The notes under the pieces are model-generated. The model had not been told where the DNA came from. It was given only the letters and a program-made list of their open reading frames with translations, and searched no databases. Positions 1 to 13,973 of a stretch of DNA of 64,000 nt are shown here, one piece after another. Every line of letters begins with the position of its first letter. Within the stretch, counting starts at the first letter, position 1. Where the stretch lies: NCBI RefSeq assembly GCF_009914755.1, contig NC_060931.1; one strand, written 5' to 3'. The stretch comes from the human T2T-CHM13v2.0 reference genome, Homo sapiens. A program made the translations under genes and the position numbers.

Positions 1-889
1 TTTAGAGTCAGTTCCTATGATTTCAAAGCCAGTGCACCTAACTACTGTATCGTGCAGCCTCTTCCAGACAGCAAGCTGGGAAAGTTCTCATGGCCAGGCT
101 TTGCAGAGAGAATAAAAAGAAGGTTATCCAAGCAAAATTGTCTCATTGCTAGCTCAGAACTTTTGCTTGTTATTAGAACAATTTAGCAGAGTCCATAAGT
201 CTTCCATAGACGTTATTCAAAATTGCGTATATCCAGACCTCAGTAATTTAGAAATGGCAGAATTTTCTAATGCATATGCTGGGAATTAACAAATTCCAGA
301 AGGGATAGCAAGGGCACTTTCTCCAATCAAGTCTCTTGTTAGAAATTCAGAAATATCCATCTACATAAAAACAATGTACTGCAACCACAGCAGACCTGTT
401 AAACTATTATTCAGTATGCTAATCTGATAGTGACCCAATTAGTACTTCAAGACAGGTGTTTGAACATTGTTGGAATGTCTTGTTAATAAAATTATAAATA
501 AACTTTTTTTTAAAAAAGGTCTAAATTCAGACCTCATTGTTTCAGCAATATTTCCCTAATCAATACAAATCAATGAAGTAGTACCATGTAACAAAGTGAA
601 GATTTTATATAACATCTCTTGGCATTTTAACGTGCATAAGTAACAAATACATTCACCTGTTATTTGCATTTTTACTCTTTTATTCAAAGTAGTTTTATAT
701 TCATGAACTCATTTTATCCTCATGAGTACCAGATATCACAAGTTCTATTTTATAGGTAAGAAAATTGAGAATTGAAGTTACTTCTCAAGGATATACAGTG
801 ATACAAGAGTCAAGAGTTGAGCCTGATTTCCTGACTTTCAATTAAAAACTTTCCCATTTTAATAAGTTGGAAGTATTTCATATCAAGAA

Positions 890-1003
890 ATTTATTCATT
901 CATTAAATTATTGAGTACCTACTACACACCAAAAATTTCTAAGCACTGTGTACACAGTAACGAATAGGACGGAATCCCTGGCCCCATGAAGCTTGGTGTC
1001 TAG
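890..1003 (-). mobile_element. L2 LINE 3' fragment
   Basis: ttcattcattaaattattgagtacctactac...ccctggccccatgaagctt resembles the reverse complement of the L2 3' end. Confidence 0.65.
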
Positions 1004-1005
1004 GA

Positions 1006-1234
1006 CAGTGGTTTTCATACTGTAGACTGTAAGCCATTATTGGGTCATGAAATTTAGTATCTTTGGCCAGTGCTTTTTAAAAGAAAAAAACAGAAAATCT
1101 TAAGAGTGCATTACATGTAATAAAGGTAAGGCATAAAAGGTAAGTCATGAAGAGTTATATGTATATGTATACCAGGTCCGGGTAAAATGTATTTATTTCT
1201 ATAGATCACAATCAAAGATGTTTAAAGGCCAGTG
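1006..1234 (+). mobile_element. Non-autonomous hAT-Charlie MITE (Charlie7a-like)
   Basis: Termini CAGTGGTTTTCA...TTTAAAGGCCAGTG with 8-bp flanks gtctagga/gtctatgg; both ends resemble those of the 41664-44271 element. Confidence 0.65.
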
Positions 1235-1621
1235 GTCTATGGAATTGAGTTCTGTGTATGAACATGTTACTGACCCACTTTGGTAGAATTGAAGCAATTA
1301 TTTAATATCTTAGTGTCTGTTTCCTCTATTGTATATTCAGCTCAATTTATATCCATTTCCCTCCTAAATACTTGGAAGTATGTTGCTTTAGAAATCAAGA
1401 ACATTCCTTAAACTGCTCTGCGTTCATTAGATAAAGCATATGTTTTTCTTGGGTTGTACATAATTCACGTTCTTCCAGTGAGTATAATGTTAGCACTTTA
1501 TTTCATTGGGCGATTGTTAATATTGCTGCTGGTTTTCTGACTTTCTCTTCAGAGGTAAAACAAAACCCACTGTAGAGATGAGAGTAAGCTAATATGGAAA
1601 CAGAGTTATCGCGTTTCCTCC

Positions 1622-2022
1622 ACTTTATCTATTCCTGCATAACAAACTTCTCCATAACTTAAAGGCTTAAAACAATACCTCTTTATATGATTATCTCTTA
1701 CAGTTTACAAGTCAGGAATTCAGACAGGGCTTGGTTCATCTGCTCCATGAGGCTGACGTTCTTTCATGGTTTTAAGCAGAGACTGAGCTGATCTGGAAGA
1801 TCCATGATGCTTTCACTCTTATTCCTGGCATCTTGGCAGGAAGCCTGTCCATGTTGGCTCCTAATGAGCAAGTTCCATAAAAAAAGGAAGTAGAAACTGG
1901 CTTGGCCAGGAAACTGGTATAGCATAATTGGTACCATACTTATTTATCGAAGCTCAGATTCAATGGGAAGTGCATAGACCCCACCTCTCAAAGAGTCTGT
2001 GATTATTATAATTATGCCACAC
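1622..2022 (-). mobile_element. MaLR LTR (old MLT1 type)
   Basis: tatctattcctgcataacaaac...ggcttaaaacaa...gtcaggaattcagacagggctt is typical reverse MLT1 sequence. Confidence 0.7.
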
Positions 2023-2477
2023 TTTCCAAATCGCCAATTAATCCATTACTGCATCTTATCAAGAATTACAGTGACTTGACACAATCTCGTATAATACCAA
2101 GAAGTCACCCCAACTGGAAAGTACAGCCATATCAATTCCAAGTTAATTCTCTGTCAAGAGAGTAAGAGAAATACCACATTACTTTGGAGTCTAGGAGAGC
2201 CTCCTGATGGCAGCCAAGGTGGTTGATAGCAGAAAGAGTATTGGTATTGAATTTTTAAAGCTGACCAGTTGCTCCACAAAACTGGAAAAGCATGACCACA
2301 CTCAGTAGCAGACATGAAAGAATGAACATGGTTAACAACATCTTGGAAAACTGAAAAGTTTTACATATTGCTATGTGCAAAAGAGTACAATTAAAGTTGT
2401 GCCTAATTAATTATATACAGTAGAAGTAAGAATAATAAATGACACCTTAATTTTTCTCCATTAAGAATACCCATGGA

Positions 2478-2657
2478 TCAATGATTCCCAGATATTTGTA
2501 TATGAAAAATAACTCCTTTGAAATGGAGATGCCCTGGTCCCACCCATAGATATTCTGATTCATGTGGTCTGGAGCAAAGGCCAGAAATCTGGTTTGTAAC
2601 AGACACCCCAGCTGTTTCAATAGAAGTGGTCCAAAGAAAATATTTTGAGAACCTCTA
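2478..2657. mobile_element. MER5-type hAT MITE
   Basis: cccacccatagatattctgattcatgtggtctggag...tttgagaacc core. Confidence 0.65.
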
Positions 2658-3918
2658 CCTAAAACCATCCTTGTCTGCTTCATCCACTGATATCAGTGCA
2701 GTCACTGCAGGGAGGTTCTCTAGCCCATCAAAGAGGAAGCAGGGTTTCAGAGAGGGAGTGACATTCTGAATTTCCACCCTTTGCTTCATAATACCAGTGG
2801 CCACATCCACATGCAGTGATTTCCCAGGCTCCCTCTGGAACTTTCAGGGAAGTCATTTCCAGCATAGAAGAACCTGGCCGCTCAGAAAACATTTACTAAA
2901 AGTGGGCATTCTCCTTCTAATGGCAGTATAACTCACAGACCTTGAAATCCTAAACTCGTACTTTTAATTCTACTCCCACACCCACACACATAAGCAAACA
3001 TCCTTTGTATATGGATGAAAAAGAGGTCATTTTTATTCTCTTCTGCTCTAGAAGCAAAAGAGATTCCCAGAGTTGGTTCCTAAGGACAGGCAATCAATAA
3101 CATATGTTGGGAATGTAAGTAGAACTGCATAATATTTAAAGAGACAAGCTGGAAGTACACATGAAGTTACATAGCATAAAACCCTATAGGAGTCATGCAG
3201 GTGAGAATATTGGCACTAACATGATTTTGTATCAGCATAGACTGGGGAGAGAAAGGTGAAAAATGAAGTGTGCCCCATAGTCTTCAGAGCTATTATACCC
3301 AGACTTGGTCCTATAAGGATATGTGTCTCTTGCTCATGGTAATTGTTCAGATGTATGTATGTCATTATCATGAAGATCAGCCAAGAAACTTCGACTACCC
3401 AATGATGCCCAGATTTTGGTCCCCAAGGAGCTGTAGGCATATGGAGATTGATTTTCTCTGCCAAGACAGTCACTTGTCTAGGTGGTAATGTGTGAACTGT
3501 TCAATTAATACAATTACTTATTATCACAAAGTTTTTTCGCATTATAAAAAGAAAGTGGTAGTATAAAAAGATTAAGTGAACACTCTTCTAGAATCATGGC
3601 ATCATTTTCCATACAGCTACAACCATAGAAAGCAAGCACATGAGACCAGACTCTGGCCTAGTTAGCAAGGGGCAATGGCCTAGTTAGCAGGGGGCAAGCC
3701 ATTGTTGAAGTCTGAATATGACTTTATAAAATAAAAGCATAACACGTAATGCCCAAGCTTCTTCTCTATAGTTCAGCCCCCGAAAAACAGCATCATGTGC
3801 CTGTAATCTAAGCTCAGGGAACCCCACATGACACTATGTACTAGCCTGGCCAGGAAAATTAGCAAGGTATTTGGTAATACAAACTGAATTGATGGTCTTT
3901 CTTGCCACAGGTATATCA

Positions 3919-4653
<735 letters not shown>

Positions 4654-5184
4654 CTATGTAACACTTTCATTGTGTTTGTCTCACAACTGCTTTTTTCCAT
4701 CCCTTAAATCATTCTCTCTTTATCTCTAATATGTTGCTAGGTTTTCCCCTAGTAAATATAGCCCACCTTCTTTAATAACAGTGACCACAAATATCAGAGC
4801 TGGGAGGGCCACTTTGGAACATTTATTCTAATAACCACATTTCTAGATGAGAAAACTAGGGCCCTATCTACTAGATACTTTAGGAATTTGATAACTAGAG
4901 TTATAGATGAAACTCTCAAAGGCTGCTATATTGTTCCTCTGGCCTCCCTGAATTTGCCGCCTCAGCTCAGTTACAAAATTCAGCTCATAGACTATTCTGA
5001 CAATGAGAATGTTAGCATCTGCAAATTCAATGGTTTTTTTTTTTTTTTAAGTTAAAAGCTTACTTTTCAGCTCTATACCTGATGGCATCTTGTTCTATCA
5101 GCATGGGTACAGACTCGTTCATGTAGTCCCATAATGTTCATGGAGTCCCATAATGACACTACGTAGTAGCCTGGCCAAGCAAGT

Positions 5185-5530
5185 TAGGTTTGAATGTGGC
5201 TAGAGGAAGATGAATAAAAGTGAGAATAAGAGGCGAGGAGAACAGAGAGGCATTATAAGGATATTTACTCTTTGACTGAAAGAAATGAGAAAGTACTAGA
5301 AGGGTTTCATCAGAGTTGTGGTATGACCTGACTTTAAAAGCATAAATTTTGGCTGTGTGGGCAAAATATAAAAGAGGGAGCAGCCAAAGAGATCATTTAG
5401 GAGGCATAGTCCAAATGGTGGTGGTTTAGACCAGAGTGAGAGATAGCAGTAGAAGCCAATAAAGTGTTCTGATACTGTACATAACTTAAAGGTGAAGCTA
5501 ACAGGATTAGTTCCACAGAAAGGAGACTAA
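5185..5530 (-). mobile_element. L2 fragment
   Basis: Diverged purine-rich L2 sequence (gagaaagtactagaagggttt...atgacctgacttt). Confidence 0.6.
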
Positions 5531-5702
5531 AACTAATTTTATTAGAGTTTAACACTTTTGGTTTTAGACTTTTGTCCCTAGGCATAGTAGCACATGCAAC
5601 TCATATTAGTTATCTGAGCCTCAGGGTGAAAAAGTTTCTGATCCTTGTCTGAAAACATATTTTGATAGAAAAGAGGAGAAACCAGTGATGTTGGGCAACT
5701 AA

Positions 5703-6157
<455 letters not shown>

Positions 6158-6221
6158 AAGAACATGATATTTTAAAGCAACATGATGTGGCAACAATGGA
6201 GGGAAGTATTTAGTTGAAGAC

Positions 6222-6588
6222 TGATGGTTTGAATGTGTCCTCCAAATTTCATGTGTTGAAAACTTAATCTCCAAATTCACATCCTGATTGGAGGTGGTGT
6301 CTTTGGGAGGGAATTAAGATTAAATAAGGTGATCAGGGTGGGGCCCCCATGATGGGACTGATGGCTTTCACAGGAGAGGAAGAGAGACCTGAACTAGATG
6401 CTCACTCTATCTCACCATGTGATGCCTCTCACCATGTCATGATACAGCAGGAAGGCCCTCACCAGACGCCCAGTGCCATGCTCTTGCACTTTCCAGCCTT
6501 CAGAACCATGAGCTAAATAAATGTCTATTCTTTATAAATTACCTAGTAAGTGATATTCTGTCACAGAAACAGAAAATGGACTGAGACC
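6222..6588 (+). mobile_element. MaLR solo LTR (MST type)
   Basis: tgatggtttgaatgtgtcctccaaa...aataaat...cagaaaatggactgagac. Confidence 0.85.
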
Positions 6589-6864
6589 AAGTGCTATTTC
6601 TGTTGGTAAAGTAATGGGTCATTAAAAAGGGTCATGACATATCTTCTTTTTCCATAAATCTTGTCTCACAAGAAAAGAATCATTGAATGAAGAAGTCACT
6701 GCTTTCATACAGTTCTACTCCCCATTTGGAAACTAAATCTTGGATTTGCAGATTTTTATCCCACAGTATAATGAATATGATGATCTTAAATCTACTGTTA
6801 ACAGTTTAAAACCATTATTTGGGTCATAAAGAGGAAGCAGTCACTGAGAATTCAGTCTATGTAT

Positions 6865-7163
6865 TTTTTCTTTTTTCTTGTTTTTGAAGAGACCTTTTTC
6901 ACTGACAGGATCTCATTCTGTCACCCAGGCTGCAGTGCAGTGACATGATCCTAGCTCACTGAAGCCTCGAACTCCTCGGCTCAAGTCATCCTGCGACCTC
7001 AGCACTTGAGGCACATGCCATCCTGCCCAGCTAAATTTTTTTAGAGATGGGGTCTTGCTACATTGCCCAGGCTGGTCTCAAACTCCTGACTGGCCTCAAA
7101 TGATCCTCCTACTTTGGCCTCCCAAGGTGCAGAGATTTCAGGCCCAACCCACTGCACCAGGCC
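6865..7163 (-). mobile_element. Alu (AluJ type)
   Basis: Diverged reverse Alu (atcctagctcactgaagcctcgaactcc...gggtcttgctacattgcccagg). Confidence 0.9.
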
Positions 7164-9209
7164 CAGTCTATATTTCTTAATAATGAATTATTTGCCTTCC
7201 CCTGTGAAATCTCTGACATAGCAAGAATACCAAACCAATGGGTAGTAGTAGTGTCTTCATCTGCCCAGATAACATCTATTATTCAATCACCAGATACAAT
7301 TCTCCTGAAATGGAACCAAGGGACCCTAGCATAAGTAAAATTAAGATGATGAGTAAGAAAACAGATTCAATGACAAAGCAGGACACAAGACAACAAACAG
7401 TTGGTGGAAACTGGATTCCATGACCATAATAGTAAAATATCTAAACAAACAGACTTCCTGGGAAAAAATTATTTGGGGTCATCAGAAGCAAGGAAATGGA
7501 ACAGATGGAGCAAACTGGAATGTCTGTTCCGTTGAAATGTTTATTTTTTTTCTGAGACTGATGCAAAGTAACACTGCTAAAGTAACACTGACTCTCAGCA
7601 ACCAGTCTTAGCCACTAAATTGACTAACAGACTTGGCATCCATAAAAATCTATTAAATAAATATATTTAGCATTGATTGAGGGTCCAATTATCTGAAAAA
7701 ATACAATAATTTTCTCCAAAGTCTGGCTAGCCCATGCATTACTGGTGGAAGAGAAGTGGATTTTGCAGAGCAAGACAAAGCTGCCACTTGGTTACACTGA
7801 TCTTCAACGTTTCACCAGTTTGTGAAGCAAAATATGCCTTTTGATGGCTGTGAATTACCCTTTTGTGATCAATAGTGGAATTTATAAGGTCCTTTTCCAT
7901 TTACCTTAAATTTTCACTTTGAATGGCAAAAGCACACCTTATCCTAGAGTATCCAATAGTTACTATTTACCCCAAGTCCCAGGAAAGCCAAAAATAGGGC
8001 TACATGCCTCTTATGTCTAGTAGAAAGGATGATTATAGAAATGTGCTTAACCACACTTAAGAAAATGGGCTAAACTTACACCATTAAAAATCTCATGAGG
8101 ATTTCATCAGAATAACAGAAAAAGCTCATCACAAACATACACACAGAAATGATAGTACTTTGCCCTTCTACATATTTTATTACCTTGGTGAATAACAGAC
8201 GGGCTAATACAGGAGGCATATGTAAAATATTTATGAAAAGCAAAGTAATTGAGATAATAAGCTCATAAAACAATAATTTTCCCTACTATATTCAACAGCA
8301 TGTGCAAAAATGAGAATTTTCTTCATAATAAAATGCACCAGCAGAAGCTACCGATGAAATAATAAAAGAGAAGCAGAAAAATATAAGTTAGAGTTCCCTT
8401 CGACACATTAAAAAGTATTTAGGGGAAAAAGTAGTTGCAAAAACAGTCTTGTGGGTATTTTTTGCTGTTGCTATTTCTTGTAAGAAGACCTTGAATTTGT
8501 ATTATCTTCCTCTCAAAGAGTTTAGACATAGGTTGCTCCTTTGAATGTCCCTATGAAGGGGGTAGATGAAACAAAGTTGTTCTATTAACTTCCATGATGA
8601 TGTCCATGGGGTACATAGTAGATGACTATTTTATACTAGAACTTGAGGATTTTCCATGCAGCTATCTTTTGCAGACTCTGTCCTCCTTACCTAGGCAAGA
8701 TATACCTAATTTTTAAGAAATTAGAATGCAATGGGCAAGTTGACTCTAAGAGTGCACTCCAAAGCATAGCATTACATCAAGTTCCATAAGAGGACAGGGA
8801 ACATCAGAGTAGGTTTCAGATACAAACTTAAGAGGGGGTATTTGAATCCTAGGCCTTAGTTCTCCTAGACTTATCCCTGTGACACATTATTCCTCTTCAA
8901 TCGCTAAAATTTCATTTTTAGCATGCACAGAAATAATACAACTTGATCCTGGAAAAGATAAAGAGATTAGTTAAAATGTCAAAGGCAGCATGCCTGAATG
9001 GGAGCTCACAACCTGAGTCAGTTCTCTTGGCAAGGGTAGTTGATGGTCATTGTCACAATGTGGCTTGAGAAGCAAAAGCCCACCTGTCTGAAAATAAGGC
9101 TGCCCATAGGCTTCATGTTTGCTGGTCATTTCTTTAGTTTAAAAGATTATTTCCTTCTTGAAACTTCCATTGGTTTCCTGATTCTTTGAAATGCAAACAT
9201 TTATATGAT

Positions 9210-10150
9210 AATTCAGGAAATATTTATAGACAGTCTATTCCATGACCAGCACTAGGGATAAAATAATGAAACAGATAAGTAAAACCCCTGCATATTTTCT
9301 AGTCAAGGGTATAGGATGCTACACCAAAAATAATAATAAGCAAGAAAAAAGGCAGCAACAACTGGGCTAGGCTGAGTTTCAAAACTGGGTGATGTGACAG
9401 TAACTGATTGGCTATTATTTTAAATTAAGTGGCCTGATGACTACCTCTTTGAGGTAACATTTCAGATGTGGATGACAAGGAGGAGCCAGACATGAGTAGA
9501 TCAGAGGGAAGAACATTCCTAGAGAGGCAAAGGCTACTGCAAAGGCAGAAAGTTGAGAAACAGATTTGCTGTATTTGAGAACAAAAGCAAAAAGAAGGAA
9601 AAAAAAATTGGAATGAGGTGAACACAAAAAGGGGGACATGGTCCAAATTACGATGGGATTTATAAGCCAGAATAAAGAGTTAGAGCACACAGGGAAGCCA
9701 CTGGAAGTGCATATGTAGGTGACTTGTATTTTAAAATACTCTCACTGCTGTATAGAGAATATATTGCAACAAAAAAGCAAGAGTGGAAACAGACAGGCCA
9801 GTGGTGCAGCTCTTGCAATGATCAGGAGAAACATCATGGTGGGTTGCCCCAGGGTGGTAGATGCAAAGAGAACTGGTTAGACGTAAATCTAGAGGTGAGT
9901 GAAACTGATGATAGGTTTGACATGGGGCAGGGTCGAAACAAAAAGGAATGAAACATACATTTTAGATTTTTGGTTTGGGCAATTGGCCAGATGGCAAAAC
10001 CATTCACTGAGGAAAGGAAAGCTAAATGGAGGCAGGTTAGGGAATCAAGAGTTCAGCTATGGCCACTGATTTTGAAGTGGCTTTTAAACGTACACACAAA
10101 GATGTCAAGTAGGCAGTTGGATACAAAAGGCTGCAGAAAAAGCACATATT
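9210..10150 (-). mobile_element. L2 LINE fragment (~0.9 kb)
   Basis: attcaggaaatatttata..., ggaagccactggaag, gatgtcaagtaggcagttggata landmarks appear in L2 order. Confidence 0.8.
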
Positions 10151-11241
10151 GAATGACCTAGAGTGCTCTCCTAGGTTTCCAGTAACCCATTTTGAATCTC
10201 ACTTTGCCTTTCCCTTTCTCTTACCTTACCTACATTTGATGAAGCTGGAATTAGGTACAATATATGGAAATAATTTTTCTAATTAAAGTATTTATAAATA
10301 ATAAAGCCCTCACATTTGGAATTATGATTATGACCACTTTCCATCAAGTATTTATCTGGCACATACTGTGTTACCAATTTCTTCATTGTAGCAGTTTCAG
10401 GAAATGCATATGACACCGTACCTGCCCTCAGAGATATTATAGCTTTTAATGGGCTCGTATTGTAAAGAAAATTGAACCTGATCCTAATAAGAAGAAGAAA
10501 AAAATCTCCAAAAGAGTTAGCATGTTGCATGACTCCAGTGTAACTTGAGGTAGCCACACAAACTTGACTTCATAGATTTTTCTTACATACCTAGCCAAGC
10601 AATCAATGTAAAATTGAGGGGCTGTAGATTCCCTAGTGGTGGACCTGCTGATAGACTTCAGTGCCCCAAGTATAGTGAATGCTCCCCCACTGAATGCCAT
10701 ATAATCTCACATTTCATAAATAGTTGCTCCTGTTTAAGGAAATTAATAGGAATTTTGCCTAGGTAAAATGAAAATGTAGGGGTCAATTATATATCCACTA
10801 TCAAGCATGGACATTTAAACATGAAGCCAGTTTATCTGCAGGTTAACTTTGAGATATGCTCTTAAAGAATGGGACAGATGGCTGGTCAATTTGATCTGGG
10901 CTGTGATCAAGTACCCCAGAGGATCAGCTCCTACTGGTCAGAGTATATACAAATAGACAGGCCAAGGGGTTGTATGAGAGAGATCTTAAATGTAATGGAA
11001 CACCATCTCTTTAACCGATTCTCTCGGCTACATGGTTTCAGTCCATAGAGAATGGGGCTCCTTGCTTTTGTTCTCATTCAGTGAAAAGAAAAAGCATTAA
11101 GGGTGAAATATATATAACTTATCTGTACCTAGATTTCTCATGAAATAAAACTTTACCAACAACAAGTTAATAGCTAAGAACTGTATCTAGGAAAACTGAG
11201 TGCCATAAAAAGAATGAGTATATATATCCATACTATATAAT

Positions 11242-11379
11242 ATGGCTAGGGAGTACTTTAGTTTCCTATGACTGGTGTGAGGAATTAGCACAAACTGGGT
11301 GTCTTAAAACAATAGAAATTTATTCTCTCTCAGTTATGGAGGCTGAAAGTCTGAAAGGAAAGCATCAGCAGGGCCACAC
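11242..11379 (-). repeat. Duplicated copy of 13504-13647 (MLT1 end plus flank)
   Basis: Manual alignment gives 8 mismatches and one 6-nt indel over 138 nt. Confidence 0.92.
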
Positions 11380-11899
11380 CATAACACTGTTGTCACTATT
11401 TGTCATTAACAAGGGCACCATCCCTTTGGAATATCTTTTCTGAGACCCGTTATGAAACTGAAGCTCTTAGCAACCCAGCCCTTACTAGTGTTTTTACTGA
11501 GGTTATCCACTTGAACAATGAAAATATATCAAACCAGTCTCTAAGGCAGTGGAGTTCACAGATGACTCACGGACTATATAAGGCTCATCCCTGTATAGAC
11601 AGAACAAAACTAATTAAGGTACTGAAAACAGTAAATAATTTAGTAACCTATAAAAATTGCAGTGAGCTTTTGATTTTGCACATTGTATTTAAACCAGTTT
11701 ATAGATTACCAAAGCTAATTTTCAACCCACAAGTGACTTCCTTCAACAATGATTATACTTACAAATTCCCCGCCAAGAGGTATAACGTTAGTGGAGGTAT
11801 GTTCCAGGTTGCAAACTAATTTGGAGCAGAACATATTTAGAAATTGACCTACAATAGCATTTTAACCATTTAGCACTTTCCAAAGCCAAATTAAAATGA

Positions 11900-12119
11900 G
11901 TTTTTAATTTAATTTTATTTTTTTTCACATTTTTTATTTCCATGGGTTTTTGGGGAATAGATGGTATTTGGTTACATGAGTAAGTTCTTTAGTGGTGATG
12001 TGTGAGATTTTGGTGCACCCATCACCTGGGTAGTATACACTGAACTCCAATTTGTAGTCTTTTATCCCTCACCTCCTTCCCACCCTTCCCCCCGAGTCCC
12101 CAAAGTCCATTGTATCCTT
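11900..12119 (-). mobile_element. L1 3' end (L1PB-like), antisense
   Basis: T-rich tail, then ggtatttggttacatgagtaagttctttagtggtgat...gagtccccaaagtccattg. Confidence 0.88.
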
Positions 12120-12145
12120 CATGCTATTACCTTTGTGTCCCACTT

Positions 12146-12183
12146 GACTAACTTTGAGTTTTCTGTCCCACTTTGTTTTCCAG
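12146..12183 (+). promoter_or_regulatory. GRM3: Branch point, polypyrimidine tract and 3' splice site of GRM3 last intron
   Basis: GACTAAC at 12146-12152 (near-consensus branch site), followed by a T/C-rich tract and CAG at 12181-12183. Confidence 0.85.
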
Positions 12184-12257
12184 CCTCTGCAAGCACGTAT
12201 GTGCCAACGGTGTGCAATGGGCGGGAAGTCCTCGACTCCACCACCTCATCTCTGTGA
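12184..12257 (+). CDS. GRM3: Metabotropic glutamate receptor 3, terminal coding exon
   Basis: After acceptor ...ctttgttttccag, the phase-1 exon reads (S)SASTYVPTVCNGREVLDSTTSSL-TGA, the recognised mGluR3 C-terminus with its PDZ ligand TSSL. Bases 1-12183 are the last intron. Confidence 0.97.
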
Positions 12258-12780
12258 TTGTGAATTGCAGTTCAGTTCTTGTGTTTTTAGACTGTTAGAC
12301 AAAAGTGCTCACGTGCAGCTCCAGAATATGGAAACAGAGCAAAAGAACAACCCTAGTACCTTTTTTTAGAAACAGTACGATAAATTATTTTTGAGGACTG
12401 TATATAGTGATGTGCTAGAACTTTCTAGGCTGAGTCTAGTGCCCCTATTATTAACAATTCCCCCAGAACATGGAAATAACCATTGTTTACAGAGCTGAGC
12501 ATTGGTGACAGGGTCTGACATGGTCAGTCTACTAAAAAACAAAAAAAAAAAACAAAAAAAAAAAAACAAAAGAAAAAAATAAAAATACGGTGGCAATATT
12601 ATGTAACCTTTTTTCCTATGAAGTTTTTTGTAGGTCCTTGTTGTAACTAATTTAGGATGAGTTTCTATGTTGTATATTAAAGTTACATTATGTGTAACAG
12701 ATTGATTTTCTCAGCACAAAATAAAAAGCATCTGTATTAATGTAAAGATACTGAGAATAAAACCTTCAAGGTTTTCCAGC
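12258..12780 (+). other. GRM3: GRM3 3' UTR (end approximate)
   Basis: Follows the stop codon. Contains an A-rich tract (12534-12585), a Pumilio-type TGTATATA (12399-12406) and AATAAA at 12720-12725 and 12756-12761, with a GT/T-rich segment downstream. Confidence 0.8.
12756..12761 (+). terminator. GRM3: Likely GRM3 polyadenylation signal
   Basis: AATAAA with TGTA motifs upstream (12733, 12741) and TGGTGG...TGGTTTGTTCTTTTT downstream. Confidence 0.7.
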
Positions 12781-13515
12781 ATGGTGGATAATGGTTTGTT
12801 CTTTTTGAATAACTCAAGGTAATTTGAATATGACTTCAAATCATTTCTACATTTAATATTAGAAGAAACTGTCTGACTGTGCTTCTGTTCCCATCTATAC
12901 ATACTTCAAACTCAAGTTGTTACTCTGCTGAAGAGTTGTGAGCAGGTTCAGACTTCTCTATGGTCCACAATGATCAGAAATTGACTGGTAGCAACACCAT
13001 ATATATCAGACCATTTCAGTGACAATACACATTTTGGTTTTCTAAAGCCACATCTGGGGGGAAGCCGAGAATTGCCCAGATAGAGATATAAGACAATGAG
13101 AGAGTTGCTATGTTCAGAATATAGAGACTGTGGCTGCCAGGGAAGATTTGATGGCTCTCATTTCCAAAAACAACCTTAATTACTACGAAATTGGCAGAAT
13201 ATCTCCTTATTCCACTAGAAAATCACTCTCACCATTCACTGCTGAATGAGGCAATAAAATGCAGGATATCTTGTTTTCTAATTTTTTTTTTCAGTAGCCA
13301 TGCTCAGGCACATCGGCTTGTCACTAAACTTTAATATTTTATTAACCTACATAAGGGAGTGAACAGGGAAAGCATGGATAAGCTAAAACTGGCTTATTCT
13401 TACTAAATACTGTCCTATTTTTATCAACCTTTTACTCACAAATCATTTATGAATGTAGGAAAATTTGCTGAGAATATATGTGTCAGATCCTGTGCCAGGG
13501 GCCATGGCTAGGGAG

Positions 13516-13973
13516 TGCTTTAGTTTCCTATGGCTGGTATAAGGAATTAGCACAAACTGGGTGTCTTAAAACAATAGAAATTTATTCTTGCACAGTTATG
13601 GAGGCTGAAAGTCTGAAAGAAAAGTGTCAGCATCAGCAGGGCCACACTCTCTCAGAAGCTCTAGTGGAGGATTCATTCCATGCCTCTTCTAGCTTCTGGT
13701 GGTTGCCAGCTTCCTTGGCTTGTGGCCACATCACTCCAATCCCTGCCTCCATCTTCACATCACCTTCTCCTCTGTGTCAGTTTTGTCCTCTGTGTCTCTT
13801 ACAAGGACACTAGTTATTTGATTTAGGGCCAATCTAGGTAGATACTATAGGATGAGTTCATCTCGGGAGATGAAAAAAGGCACGGCCCTTTTTTCAAATA
13901 AATTAACATTCTCAAGTTCCAGGGATTAAGATGTGGACATATCATTTTAGGGGCCACTTTTTATCCCACAACA
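13516..13973 (-). mobile_element. MaLR solo LTR (MLT1C-like) inserted into an L2 fragment
   Basis: TG...CA ends and a complete MLT1 body. L2-like sequence on both sides (tgtgtcagatcctgtgcc / atgaataag...cctgcctctaagaagctta). Confidence 0.85.

Noticed and set aside
11400-11819. 139-aa ORF in the GRM3 last intron
   Set aside because: Starts at TTG, has no recognisable domain and no mGluR3 similarity; consistent with a chance ORF.
12154-12369. 71-aa ORF over the GRM3 last exon
   Set aside because: Different frame from the true GRM3 coding frame, and it starts in the intron.
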